Shown here: piece by piece, positions 49,494 to 61,560 of the stretch
Numbering within the stretch: the first letter of the stretch is position 1
Layout: every line of letters begins with the position of its first letter
Source: Selaginella moellendorffii
Lineage: Eukaryota > Plantae > Lycopodiophyta
Length of the DNA stretch: 64,000 nucleotides
Assembly (NCBI RefSeq): GCF_000143415.4
Contig: NW_003314317.1
Coordinates: 248,001 to 312,000 of the forward strand
Direction: 5' to 3'
The notes under the pieces: generated by a model
Told to the model about the DNA's origin: nothing
The model's database searches: none
Seen by the model: only the letters and a program-made list of their open reading frames with translations
Program-made: the position numbers and the translations under genes

Positions 49494-51265
49494 GTACTCT
49501 CCCCGCCTTTCGCCTTTAGGTGCTTTATCCATGGGCTTAGAGCGAGGTTCCGTTGAGCAACGACAGGTATCCAAGTAGGTAGTGCCACCCACTCTTGGAC
49601 TGGGAACATCGGCCAGTCGATCTCCCGGGGGAAACTAGAGCCGGCTCTTGAACACTTCACCAAGCTACCCCGCTTGTCGGTCCGTGTTCACTCTAGTCTT
49701 GGACTTCCCAGTGGGCAGCTCATCACCCAACACTAGGTCCGGCCTTCCTGGGCCAAACTGGCCTTTCCTGGCCAAACTGGCTCCACTGCAGTCCTCCCCC
49801 TACTATACTTTTGGAGCTCACCAAACCCCCCAGGGTCTGGGAGACGAACGCTTTGGGCTTTCACCCTCTCAGACTCGAACTCGAACTCGGACTCGGACTC
49901 GGACTCGGACTCGAACTCGAACTCGGACTCGGACTCGGACTCGGACTCGGGCTCGGTCTCGGTCTCGGTTTCGGCCTCGGCCTCGGTCTCGGTCTCGGTC
50001 CCGGTCTCAGTCTCGGTCCCGATCTCGGTCTCGGTCTCGGTCCCGATCTCGGTCTCGGTCTCGGTCCCGGTCTCGGTCCTAGTCTCGGTCCCGGTCTCGG
50101 TCTCGACTTCGGACTCCATCTCGGGTCCATCTCGGACTCCATCTTGGACTCCATCTCGGGTCCATCTCGGACTCCATTTCGGGTCCATCTCGGACTCCAT
50201 CTCGGGTCCATCTCGGACTCCATCTCGGACTCCATTTTGGGTCCATCTCGGGTCCACCTCGGACTCCATCTCGGGTCCATCTTGGGTCCATCTCGGACTC
50301 CATCTCGGGTCCATCTCGGACTCTTCCACGTGTCATGTGTTGGTCCTTTTGGGTCCCTTTTTGGAGCCTTGCTTTTTGCTCGCTTTGTGCTCGTTCCTCG
50401 AGCACTTCGTTGGGAGTTCCACTCCCGCTCTTGACTTTTCAAGTCGGAGCTTTTGGTCCAAGCGTGTTACGCTCGTTTGGCTCTCGCTTCGGCCACTACC
50501 ACGTGGCGCCCTTCCGGCTCCACTTTGGGGCCTAGGGATTTTGTGTCTCACACATTCCTCGGACTGCATGCACGCGAAATCCAAAAGAAAGATCATGATT
50601 GGGATATCATTTAATACCCTCGCTATATTTATACCATGCATGATTGGATATTCCAAAGCATCTTGTATTTCCAAAAATGCCAGATGTTCAGCTAAATAAA
50701 GAATGGTATACAAAAAATCCCAAAAAAATGCACCAAAAAATGCTCAGTGTCATCTAGCGTTATCTCTTGAATGGCGTGGGGCCGCATGCCATTTTCAGAG
50801 GCACATAGGAGTATATTCCTAGAATATTCTGATACGTGCGATATTTTTTTGAGTTTTCTAGAGATCCAACCGTTAGATCGCAACTAGATTTTACAGAATG
50901 GTATACATTGTCTTTCTTGATGACCTTGCAAAGAAGCATCTCGATCAGACACCACATGAGACCACACGAGCCTTACAGTGTTTCAGGGGCATTTGCCATA
51001 GATCCGACCGTTATTTTGCTCCAAGATTTTACAGTTTAGTGTGCATTGACCTTTCCATCGACACTGCAAAGGGACATCACAATCAGATGCGGGATCACAA
51101 GAAACTAACTTCACTAACTCTGGTTTCACCAAGATCTACGTAAGGAGTTATGAAATGAAAGGACCCTCTCTATTGAAATGTGTTTATGGTCCTAGGGGCA
51201 TTGTGACATATCAAAGGATTTTGCATCAAGTTCTGTATTTGCATGTTTATCAAGCTACTGAATTG

Positions 51266-51292
51266 CTAAACCCTAAACCCTAAACCCTAAAC
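51266..51292. repeat. Short interstitial plant telomeric repeat (CCCTAAA)n, about 3.7 units
   Basis: CTAAACCCTAAACCCTAAACCCTAAAC. Confidence 0.9.
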
Positions 51293-52574
51293 ATGTGGCA
51301 AATGCTACATGAAGAAAGATGCCCTTTCTGGGCAAATGCTGTAAGAGGCAGATGCTGAGCAGATGTATCTCAGGCTAGCGAAGGGGACAAACGAAAGCTA
51401 GCTATAAACATGACGGGATGCAAATAGATTACTAGGCTGGTCCTGCGAAAATCAAAAACCATAATTGAAAACATTGAAAATGCAAAAAGAAAGGTTTATA
51501 ATATTTTTGAATTTTAAGCAACCAAAGGAATGTAAGTAGGGCATGTGTTTGTAAGTTTAAAAATGCCTCAACCACTTAAATTCCCAAGTAAATAAAGCTG
51601 TTTCTATTTTTGGTACAGGTAAACTTTATAGCATGTGGGCTCATGCAATTTTGAACCCAAAAATGCACCAAAAAATGCTCGACTAGCATTATTCTTTAAA
51701 TGGCGTGTGGCCTTATATTGCCATAAATGGACATACACACACAGCATAATTATTCCTTTACACGGCGAATAATCTTGGCGCAGATCGTTGACATGGCATG
51801 GCAAAGTTTGAATCACTGAAATGGCACAGCTGGATCGAGGCAAGGACATGATGTGACAAAGTTCAACCTCCGACAGCAAAGTCTAGAAGCTACTCAGTTT
51901 GAAATTTGTCAGAGGAATCATAAAATCTGGTTTGTCAGAGGATTTGATGTGACGTTCAAGCGTGTGTTATTTTTGAATTCTCGAACTCATTCCTAGGTCT
52001 ATCATTTTTGTGCGCCGTGTTCTTGGTTCCGCTGAGCACAGTGAGCGCTGCTTGTGTAAGTGGCGTTGTGAGCTGTGGTTCATGCGTCTATAAGCGGTTG
52101 CGGCATTGCGAGCGGCAGTTTATGCGAGTGGCAGTTTGTGCGAGCGGTGCTATGAGCAGTTGCGGTGTTGCGAGCGGCGCTACGAGTAGTTGCGGTGTTG
52201 CGAGCGGCACTGTCTTTGGTGTGGCTACCGCTTCCTCTTGATATTCGGCACTTGTGCTTCCTGGTATGTTCACCATGGAATGGCTTAGGACCACATTTAG
52301 AAATGGCATGAGGCCACATGCCATCTTAGGCCCTTGCAATTTCATGGTTAGCGTATTGTCATGTATGTTTTTACTTGCCTGCAGCTGTGTGTATATCAAG
52401 ATGGCATGAGGGCTCATGCCAATTTTGTGAATGCGAAATTTCACGTGGGTGTCAATAGCATGTTTGAATAATGGCATGTGGCCTCATGCTATTGAGGTTG
52501 TTTGGTATGTTATGATTTAGGCCATTCTCCAATCATTTTTTGTATGGTCTTAACTTCTTTTCTACACTTTCAGA

Positions 52575-54531
52575 ATGGCCTTCAGGGTTGGGGAAAAGGT
52601 TTACATTTTGAATGGTGGGAAGAGAGTTGCAAAAGGGACCCTTGTGTCTATGGATCGGAACTTTGTTATACACTGTCAAAGGCTTGGGGAAGGCAATGCT
52701 GCTGTATCAGTAAAGACTGTCTTCGACCACAACATCGAGCAGAGAAGCTGCAGGACTGCATATTATCATAACAGGATTCTCTCCATGGAGAGACCTGACT
52801 CTTACCTCTGCATCATCCACGAAAAAATGGACCAGAAAAAGACGTGCTTACCTCGACTCAATCCTGCCCCCAAGGCAATCTCTTCATCCATGCAGCTACC
52901 TGTGTCTCTGTTTGGCATAATCGCTCATGGGCATGGTGCCCAGAACTATGGGAACTTCTTTATACCTCTATGGGGTGGCGGGGGTGCAAACATGATGATT
53001 GCGTCCCTAACAAAACACTTAAGGTCTCTGCAAAGTGTGCAGACTGAGCTGAACGGCCAACCCTTGCATATGGCCCTTGTCGATCGAACCCCATACAGGG
53101 TTCAGCTAGAGGAGGAGCAAAGGCTTGCAGTATTGCGTGGGGCCCCATGCCATCCCAGTGAATATGTTGGCCGTCAGATTGTAGGGTTATCACGTGAGGC
53201 CTCATGCCATTCCGACGAGGCTGGTCGCCCGGTGAATGCACAGCCTCATCCAAAAGAAGAAGAATCTCAAGGAAGTTCTTGCGGCCGATGTGGCCTTCCA
53301 CCCCATCTTCTGCTCCAAACAGACAATGTTGGCAGTGAGAACAAAAACATGTACGTCTTCGCGTACTTGGTGATGCTTGTTGCCAAAGGCATATTTGAAA
53401 CGGTTACACTTGGCTTTCTCATGGTTGGGCACACTCATGAAGACGTCGATGCCATGTTCAGTCACCTGGCAGAGTCCCTCCGGCGATCCAATGTCCTCAC
53501 CCTCCCACAACTCTACGATGAATTCCAAAATTGCATCAAAGGCACTGTTGAAGCTGCACTTGTGACAGAGGTTCCAGACTTTAAGGGGTTTGTAAGAGGC
53601 TACATCAGGGACGGATCCGAAACGCTGATTGGCCACTCCAAGCTTCTTCAGTTTCATTTCAGCATGCATGACGGTGCTCCAGTGATGAGGTACAAGATGA
53701 GAGAATGGGACACAGTGTGGCTGCCAGTGGACGGCATTGAACTCTTCAAGAGAGATCCCATAACTGGGGAACCTATGATTCCTCAGGGTTCCCCACGGCC
53801 GATGCACCCGGATGGACTCAAAGACCAGGAAAGTATAGTGGCCGGGATTAGACAGCATATTGCCTTCTGGAAGAGGGGGTTGGTGTTTGGTGGAGAATCC
53901 TATTTTAAGAGGTGCAAGCCTTTGCTCGAATACTGGGAGAAGATTATATCTGCTATCCAAAATGGGCCAGTTGTATATGAAGAATTGGAAGAGTCCTTTT
54001 GGCCAGAACCCAGAGCACCAGATAGTAGCGGAACAATGTCCTCTGGAAATGCAGTGACAGATAACGATGTTGAGGATCACTATTGTGGGCCGAGGAACAA
54101 GAAGCCGGATTTAGCATTCAATCCAGTACAGGTCTGCAAAGGAATGGTCGTGCTTGTCAGACCCAGTAATAAAAAACAAATGATATGGGTGGGGTGCTGC
54201 ATCACTGATGTAGAGGAGGACGCGGAAACTAACTCCTTCAATGTAACTGTGGAGTGGTTCAAGCCAAGTTCCGGATATACGAAGGATTGCCTAGAAAAGA
54301 GATGGGTGCTGAATCCAAAGGATCCCAGCATGAGCATATCGGTGGATAATGTTGTGCATGGTTGGATGCGGAAGCAGAGTGCCACCATCACCTTGCCAGA
54401 CCATGCAAGAGATGCAGCAAGAGCATTCATAACCCAGGTTCAAGGTGAGATTCATTAATATTCCTTTACTAAGTTTCTAATGTATTTTATTTCAAGGTGA
54501 ACAATCCGAATCTGAATCAGAGGAGGCGTGA
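52575..54531 (+). CDS. Sola-like DDE transposase (ORF 52575-54458; probable last intron and a short terminal exon ending at 54531)
   Basis: YLCIIHEKMDQKKT, LLLQTDNVGSENKN, FLMVGHTHEDVDAMFS motifs. N-terminal Tnp1/En-Spm-like beta barrel (RVAKGTLVS..VIH..LG..AVSV..V). Confidence 0.82.
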
Positions 54532-56119
54532 TGGCATGTGGCCTTACGCCATTCCTAGGTGAGATGATACAAATAACAAGTATAAATTCTTAGTTGTTCT
54601 AGCAAATCTTACTTAAAGTTCAAGGTGAACAAGCCGAATATGAATTCATCGGATTGTTATAACAAATTGCGAGGTGATGGCATGAGGCGATACGCCATTT
54701 GAGTGTGGTAGCCATTCCTATATGAGGTGAGTGAAATATTTATTAGAAATACCTCATTCAATTGTGCACTTCTAAGTCTTGGTCCACTCAGTACTGTTTG
54801 CATGTTTCTATTTTAATTCTTTCTCTAAAATGTTATTTAGCATGTGGCTTCATGCCATTGCTCTCCACAATCATGCATTGAATTTTTCTATCCTTGCATA
54901 ATACTTCTCCATATATATAGCATATGCGCACATGTGATATGGTTCATTAGGCCTGATATAGTGTGTGAGGTAAAACAAAGATGATGTGACATATGCATTT
55001 ACCAATCACACGTGCATAAATCTAATAATATGGCGTGTGGCCCATATTAATTATTGTGGGCTTACGTGCTTTATGTACCTCATTCCCTTGTAGCGTGTGT
55101 GTTGGTTTCCTTTTATAACACAACGAACTCCATATTTTAGGGTGAAGAGAGTTCTCATGGCAAGCACAAAATCTGTAAGTGAGGCAGAAAAGAAGACGGA
55201 GAAGGAGATAGGTGAAGATGTAGAATATATAAGTCTTCCAAACTCCCCGTACTATACTCCAGGTGATCATTTTTCTGAACAAACGGCAACATTAACAACT
55301 ATCGAGAACGCCCCAGTAACGTCAGAGACAACAATCCAAAGCAAAACAACTGACCCGGAGAGGGATGATAGTACCGCTGAGAGTACCAAAAAGAAGGTGT
55401 TCACTAGCGCTTAGGCTTATAATGGCGTGTGCCCTCATGCCATTTACTTGATCACCAAATACCTTTTTCCCTTTGCACTAGTATATCTTAATACCGGTCT
55501 GAGAAATAGAATGGCATGTGCCCTCAGCCCTTTTACTAAATCACCTTTGAAAGAAATGCAAGCCTCTATGTCATAAAAAAAAGGTACTAGAGAAATTCCT
55601 TAATAATATGAATGTTATTTAGTTTCATAAAAATACACTAAGGGTCAAATGAGTTAAATGACTTCTCCAGACTAGCAATGCCTCTTGCTACACCTTCACA
55701 ATTAGATTCGTTAGAAAAAAATAACATTGAATAATATCTAAATGTTCTCACCATTAAGTTATATGTCTGGCTAATAGGAATGACGTTCATCTTGGAAAGC
55801 TCACCACACGCTCAATGAACAAACAAATAGTGTGTGCGCGCATGCCATCGCTCTTCTTTAGCTTCAGATTTGACTTGTTCACCTTGACAATGAGATTTAT
55901 TATACAACCAGATGGACTCAGTCTGGACACAAAGTTACCGCGCTAGTCACCATGCCCCAGATATGTCTAGCCCCTGGACAAAAAACATATAATTTCACGT
56001 CATTTTCAAATACTTGAAAATTTGTACCTAGTCCCATTTTACTGAATAAATCCCACTTTAACGAAATAGAGCTTAGACGTTCGATGTGGGCATCAAACTT
56101 CTTCTATGGGTGGTGGAGT

Positions 56120-57700
56120 TGTAAGGAACCAACTCGCCGAAGTGTCGTAGGCTAAAGGAGCCCCGAAAGCTTGACCAAAATGATAAAGAGTTCATCGGAT
56201 GAGACCAAGTCTAAGATCGAGTCCAAGACTGACTCTAAGACCAAATCTAAGATCGAGTCCAAGACCGACTCTAAGACCGAGTTCGAGATAGAGTCCGGAA
56301 TCGAGTCCGAGACCGACTCAGAGACCGAGTTCGAGTCCGAGTTCGAGACCGAGCTCGAGACAGAGTCCGAGATCCGAAATCGGGTCCGAGACCGAGTCCG
56401 AGGTCGGGTCCGAGGTCGGGTCCGAGATCGGGTCCAAGATCGAGTCCGAGATCGAGTCCGAGACCGAATCCAAAGTCGGATCCGAGATCGAGTCCGAGAT
56501 CGAGCCAGAGACTAAATCCGAGTACTAATACGGGTCAAGGGGTGAAAGCCCAAAGCGTGCGTCTCCCAGGGGGGGAGGGGGGGGGGGGGGGGGGGCCTTG
56601 GGGGGGGGCTTCCGGGGGTTCCCAAAATTTTTTAGGGATTTGGGGGTCCCCGAACCCGTTTTTAAAGGGCTCTCCCGGGGGGGTTCCCAAATTATTTTGG
56701 GTTTAAACTGGGACCCAGGGGCCTTGGGGGGGAAGGAGTATGGACTTTGTTTGGGCCCGAGGGGCCCTTCCAGGGAGGGTTCAAGAGCAGCTCCCCCTCC
56801 CCAAAGGGAAACCCATTGGGGGGCCCCCGGGTCTTGGGGGGGGGGGGGGNNNNNNNNNNNNNNNNNNNNNNNNNNNNNNNNNNNNNNNNNNNNNNNNNNN
56901 NNNNNNNNNNNNNNNNNNNNNNNNNNNNNNNNNNNNNNNNNNNNNNNNNGGGGCGGGGGGGAGGGCTGCAGGGGGTTCCAAAAGTATAGTAGGGATAGTG
57001 AGGTCCAGGAACCAGTTTTGAAAGGACTCTCCAGTGGGGCTTCCAAACTGACTTGAGGTTGAGACTGGGACCGAGGGGCCTTGGGTGGGAGTGAGTATGG
57101 ACTTGGTTAGTGCCGGAGGGGCCATCCAAGGAAGTGCTCAAGAGCAGCTCCCACTCCCGAAAGGGAAACCGATTGCGGTGCTCCCGGTTCATGTGGAGTG
57201 GTGCCCCACTTGAGTACCATGCGGCTCATTGGTCCTCGCCCTTCCTAGGGGCTTGGACCTTCCTTTCGGGATGGAAGTGGGGGGGTAGAGGTACCCATAC
57301 CGAGCCGTTAAGCCACGGTTTTTCGCCCCGACATCCCGAAGCAAGTGTTGCACCCAAGGCTTGGGATTTAGAGGGTCCCATGATCAAGTCTTGTTGTACC
57401 AAGGGGTGTTAGGAACCTGGAGGCTTGGTGTGCTTGGCTGCTTGTGCCTGCGGGGAGTGTAGCCGAACCTTAAGTTCAGTCTAACTCGGGGAGGGGGATT
57501 GGGAGAGATTTGGGAATCTGTAGACGGATGGCTAACACTCCGTTGCTCGTGCAGTGAGTAGCTGAACCCAAGTAGGACCAAGTAGGAGCTGGTACAATAG
57601 GCGAGAACCTTGGCACGGGAACTTAGCACAAGCTAAGGCAGTGTTGGTCGGATAGACGAGGTAAGCTGGCAAATTGGAAAGGAAAAATTTATGGCTTACA
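56120..57700 (+). repeat. 3' LTR of A2, inflated by an assembly gap and a low-quality duplicated read
   Basis: Homologous to 29818-31048. N-run at 56850-56948. Confidence 0.93.
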
Positions 57701-58051
57701 TCAATATACAAAGTGATAGGACTTAGACCAATTCAACTAGCACTCTTTAAAGTCAAAATGGCTAACAACAAAAATGTACAACTATTTAAAACTATCCACA
57801 ACATTTTCATCAAAATCAAAAATCAAGAGTTTAAAGAGACTTTCATCATACTCAAGATGGCTAAAGAATATTGTTCCTATGAAGTACTTCTTGGATGAAC
57901 TTGGCTCAAGATAGTTAATGTTGTCATATACTAGCAGAAGAACACAATTACCTTTGGAAAGCATCAAGAAGCCCCTTAAATCTCCACAAGTACAACAAAG
58001 AAAATTCCAAAGAAATTTTAACCAACTATTATTCAACATTATGATTGAAAT

Positions 58052-59135
58052 TGTAAGGAACCAACTCCCCGAGGTGTTGTAAGCTAAAAAATCCCCAAAA
58101 GCACGACCAAAATAATAAAGAGTTCATCGAATGAGATTGAGTCCGAGATTGAGTTCGAGACCGAGTCCAAGATTGAGCCCAAGACCAATTCCAAGACCGA
58201 GTTCGCGACCGAGTCCGAGACCAAGTTTGAGACCAAGTCTGAGATCCAAGATCAGGTCCAAGGCCAAGTCCGAGATCGAGTTCGAAACAAAGTTCGAGGT
58301 CGGGTCCAAGATCGAGTCTAAGATCAAGTCCGAGATCGAGCTTGAAACCGAGTCCGAATACTAATACAAATCGTGGGGTGAAAGCCAAAGCATGTGTCTC
58401 CCGGGGGGGGCTACAAGGGGTTCCAAAAGTATAGTATGGATAGTGAGGTCCAAGAATTAGTCTTGAAGGAACTCTTCAATAATGCTTCTAAACTGACTTA
58501 AGGTTAAGATTGGGCTGAAGGACTTTATGAGCATAGACTCAGGTGGTGCCGGAGGGGCCACCCAAGGAAGTGTTCAAGAGCAGCTCCCACTCCTAGAAGG
58601 AAAACCAACTGCAATGCTCCTGGCTCATATGGAGTGGTGCCTCACTTGAGTACCTTGCAACTCATTGGTCCTTGCCCTTCCTAGGGGCTTGGGCTTTCCC
58701 TTGGGATGGAAGTAGGGGAGTAGAGGTATTTATACCAAGCTGTTAAACCACAATGTTTCCCTTTGCTATCCCAAAGCAAATATTGCACCCAAGGCTTGGG
58801 ATTTAGGGGGTCTTATGATCAAGTCTTATTGTATCAAGGGATGTTAGAAACTTGGTGGTTTGGTGCATTTGGCTATTTATGCCTACAGGGAGTGTAGCCG
58901 AACCTTAAATTCAATCTAACCCAGGGAAAGGGATTAAAAGAGATTTGGTAATCTGTGGATGGATAGTTAATGCTCCGTTGCTTGTGCAATGAGTAATTAA
59001 AACTAAGTAGGACTAAATAGGATCTGGTACAATAGGCAGGAACTTTAACAAGGGAACTTAGCTATGGCCAAAGCAGTGTTAGTTGGATATATGAGGTAAA
59101 TTAGCAAATTGGAAAAGAAAAACTTGTGACTTATA
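58052..59135 (+). mobile_element. Solo LTR family A (decayed)
   Basis: TGTAAGG...ACTTATA termini. TSD GAAAT at 58047-58051 and 59136-59140. Confidence 0.9.
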
Positions 59136-59350
59136 GAAATAAAAGCCTCAACGACTATGAAAAAGCACAAATCATAAAGCCAGACCTAGTATTAAAGTCC
59201 CTTGTCAAAGTTGATATCAACTAAGTTATTCCAAAGCCCAATTCAATTTGCTCAACAAAACTTGAAACTCAAGAAACTCACATTAAGGAAAAACTTCTAA
59301 CTTGAGAAAATTCAACACTTAAGATTATATCAACAAAGATAAAAATGTCA

Positions 59351-59434
59351 ACCCTTAACCGATTAAAAAAGGGGGTGCATTATTATTCAAATTCTATGGA
59401 TTATTTCTCAAATCATTATCTTTGGTTGCTTATA
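59351..59434 (-). mobile_element. Decayed fragment of the Cassandra-like TRIM LTR (5' part, internally deleted)
   Basis: ACCCTTAACCGATT..AAAAGGGGGTGCA...CTTTGGTTGCTTATA is the reverse complement of 32291-32397. Confidence 0.8.
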
Positions 59435-60578
59435 ACTTCCCATTGATGAAGATTAAGTAACATTGATTCCATGCATGAAGGGACTCCACTAAAGTGTATC
59501 AAGGTACTTGAAAACTACAACAATGGAAATTCTCTACAAATGAGCAAAGTGATTAACAAAGCCAAGCTGAAATTCAAATTTTTGATCTCCACCTAAGAGA
59601 TGTGCAAGTCCATGACTTCTACTGGTAAAGCGATTATAATTCTTTATGACGACTTGTAGTAGAAGACACATTGCAAGCTACCTCTGTGACAAGCTCATCA
59701 AGGAACTTCACATCACAATGACAATGATCCAAAACAACCTCAAATGCAAAACACTCATCCCTCCATTGCAACACTTATTCTGAAGCTCAACACCACCATT
59801 TTGCTACAAATAAAAGAGATAGCAACAAAACATTGAGGAAAGCCATAAACACAAAGACATCATAAACACGAAGAAAAGGGGAATGCACTTAAGAAAACAA
59901 GATGATTTCCCGGATTTATCCTTAAAAAATAAAAAAAAGATAATATTGAAAATGTAAATGACTTTGACTTATAGGGGAGTGTTGAGGTAAGCCATATGAC
60001 ATGTTTATAGTGTGAGTATACACTTTTACATAACCTAATAGAAAACATCACATGATTGGGGAGAAATAACTACACTCCCTTCCAACTTCTTTATGCATTA
60101 ATGCTGTGCATCTAATCTAGCTCAGGCAACTAGCATTGAAGACCTAGATTCCACTTTGCAGCTCCAACCAGCTCTTGGATCTCAAGGAGACTACAGAGCA
60201 TGCAACCCTGCACAATTGACTGTACCAGCAGCAACTCATTTGTCAGCAAAGGAAGACACATGGCTCAGCTTTTCAGACAGGGGATCTCATCTGTCTTTAA
60301 AATATATGAACCCATCAACCAAAGCTAGAACCAGCTTGGAGCGGCCCATTTCAGGTGAAAAGCATCACTGATGCAAACTTTTTCTTACGTTCAAGTGATA
60401 GACGGCCACATCTTGCCTAATCCCTTCAACAGGGTTCATCTTCGATGCTATTACATATAACAGCAGCAACATACACATAGAGGTTATCTAGTTCTTCATT
60501 TTTGCTTCACCACGCAGCCCCGTCATGAAGCGTCTCAAATAAAGCTCATGCAGCCAGCATCTATGAGTTTTATTCATA

Positions 60579-61560
60579 TCAAAACACTTCTAACATTCTA
60601 CAGCAGTGAAGTCCCCTCTTCTTCCTAATGGGTGGAGTGGCGTATTGCTCTAACCTGCCTCTCGATAACCGGGCATATGTTGTAGTTGCATGATCGAGGA
60701 GCTTGCCTCGCTCGGCAGAAGAAGACACAGGATCCAGGTATAATTCGGCCAGGAAAAACCCCAGTGCCTGGTACACTTTTCCAGCTCAAGAAGAAGCTCG
60801 CTTTGCTCCTTCCAGTCTATACCACTGCTGGAAACGCGCTCGAGAATACCGTATATAGTCCACTGTCTTGCATAAACTGCGTCACCTCACTAGCTGAGGC
60901 CGAGCTCTCAGAAGCCAGATATGCCAAGCAGCCGGCAGTGCGCGATACCTGAAGCCTCGGGATCGACTTCGACCTCTAAACGCGAGCTGTTGATGATGAA
61001 AGGTTGTGTCAAGTTCTTGGGACAATCGGCCACCGCCTCCTCGCCTTTGATCAGGCTCCGTAGCCGAGTGCTTCGACGTTCATGTGCATGGCTGTCTTCG
61101 ACTTCTGAGAAGAAGATCATCTGTCAGCTTGGCAGAAGTCTCGCTGCTGAGAAGAGAACGCGAGAATTGGCAAGATAGCAGCCGTTCTTCTCTTTGAGCT
61201 CCTCACTCTTCAAAACCTTCCCTTGCTGCCTGTTTTGCAGTGACTACTTGATAAGGAAAAGCCAACACGGCTCCTGTAGCGTTAACTTCAAGTACTGCTC
61301 CCTCTTTTCCTCTTGGATGTATCCGGGACAACGTCGAGCTTCCTCTTCCGCTGAAACGACAGGTTGGGATGTGCCGGTTCCAAACTGTCCATCCCCGAAA
61401 TGCCGGTGCCATGGTGCTTGCCTTCAATAACTCTCTTGGTATGAAGCGCGCGAGTGTGCGAAGGATGGAAACGTTTCACGACTGAGATGCAGCCTGTCTC
61501 GTCTCCAATGGCGATCAAAACTTCGACAAGTTTCTCCATGCGCCTTGCAACTCCCTGATA
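60579..61560 (-). pseudogene. CABIN1-like (HIRA histone chaperone complex subunit) fragment or truncated paralog
   Basis: MEKLVEVLIAIGDETGCISVV...PSHTRALHTKRVIE, ERRSTRLRS and FFLAELYLD resemble plant CABIN1 N-terminal motifs. The ORF is discontinuous. Confidence 0.6.

Larger units (their letters stand above)
41343..50552 (-). mobile_element. Solo LTR family B, split by a nested full B element
   Basis: The halves 41343-41968 and 49499-50552 join into one LTR. TSD CATTC at 41338-41342 and 50553-50557. Confidence 0.93.
36455..56074 (+). mobile_element. Large Sola-like DDE DNA transposon (19.6 kb; about 10.4 kb without the nested LTR elements)
   Basis: TIRs are AAGTTCTATTTCGTTGAAGTGGGAATT (left) and AAGCTCTATTTCGTTAAAGTGGGATTT (right, reverse complement). 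4-bp TSD AGAC. The empty site is visible in copy A1 at about 855-880. Internal transposase. Confidence 0.9.
29818..57700 (+). mobile_element. Full-length chromovirus family A copy 2, hosting nested insertions
   Basis: LTRs at 29818-31048 and 56120-57700. TSD TCAAT at 29813-29817 and 57701-57705. tRNA-iMet PBS TGGTATCGGAGCC at 31052. PPT before 56120. Confidence 0.95.

Noticed and set aside
53130-53220. Introns around the two palindromes inside the transposase ORF
   Set aside because: The frame stays open through them and I found no convincing frame-preserving GT-AG pair.
56565-56960. Apparent divergent duplication inside the A2 3' LTR
   Set aside because: Homopolymer-smeared copy of the adjacent LTR sequence following a poly-G run and abutting an N gap. 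Low-quality read artefact.
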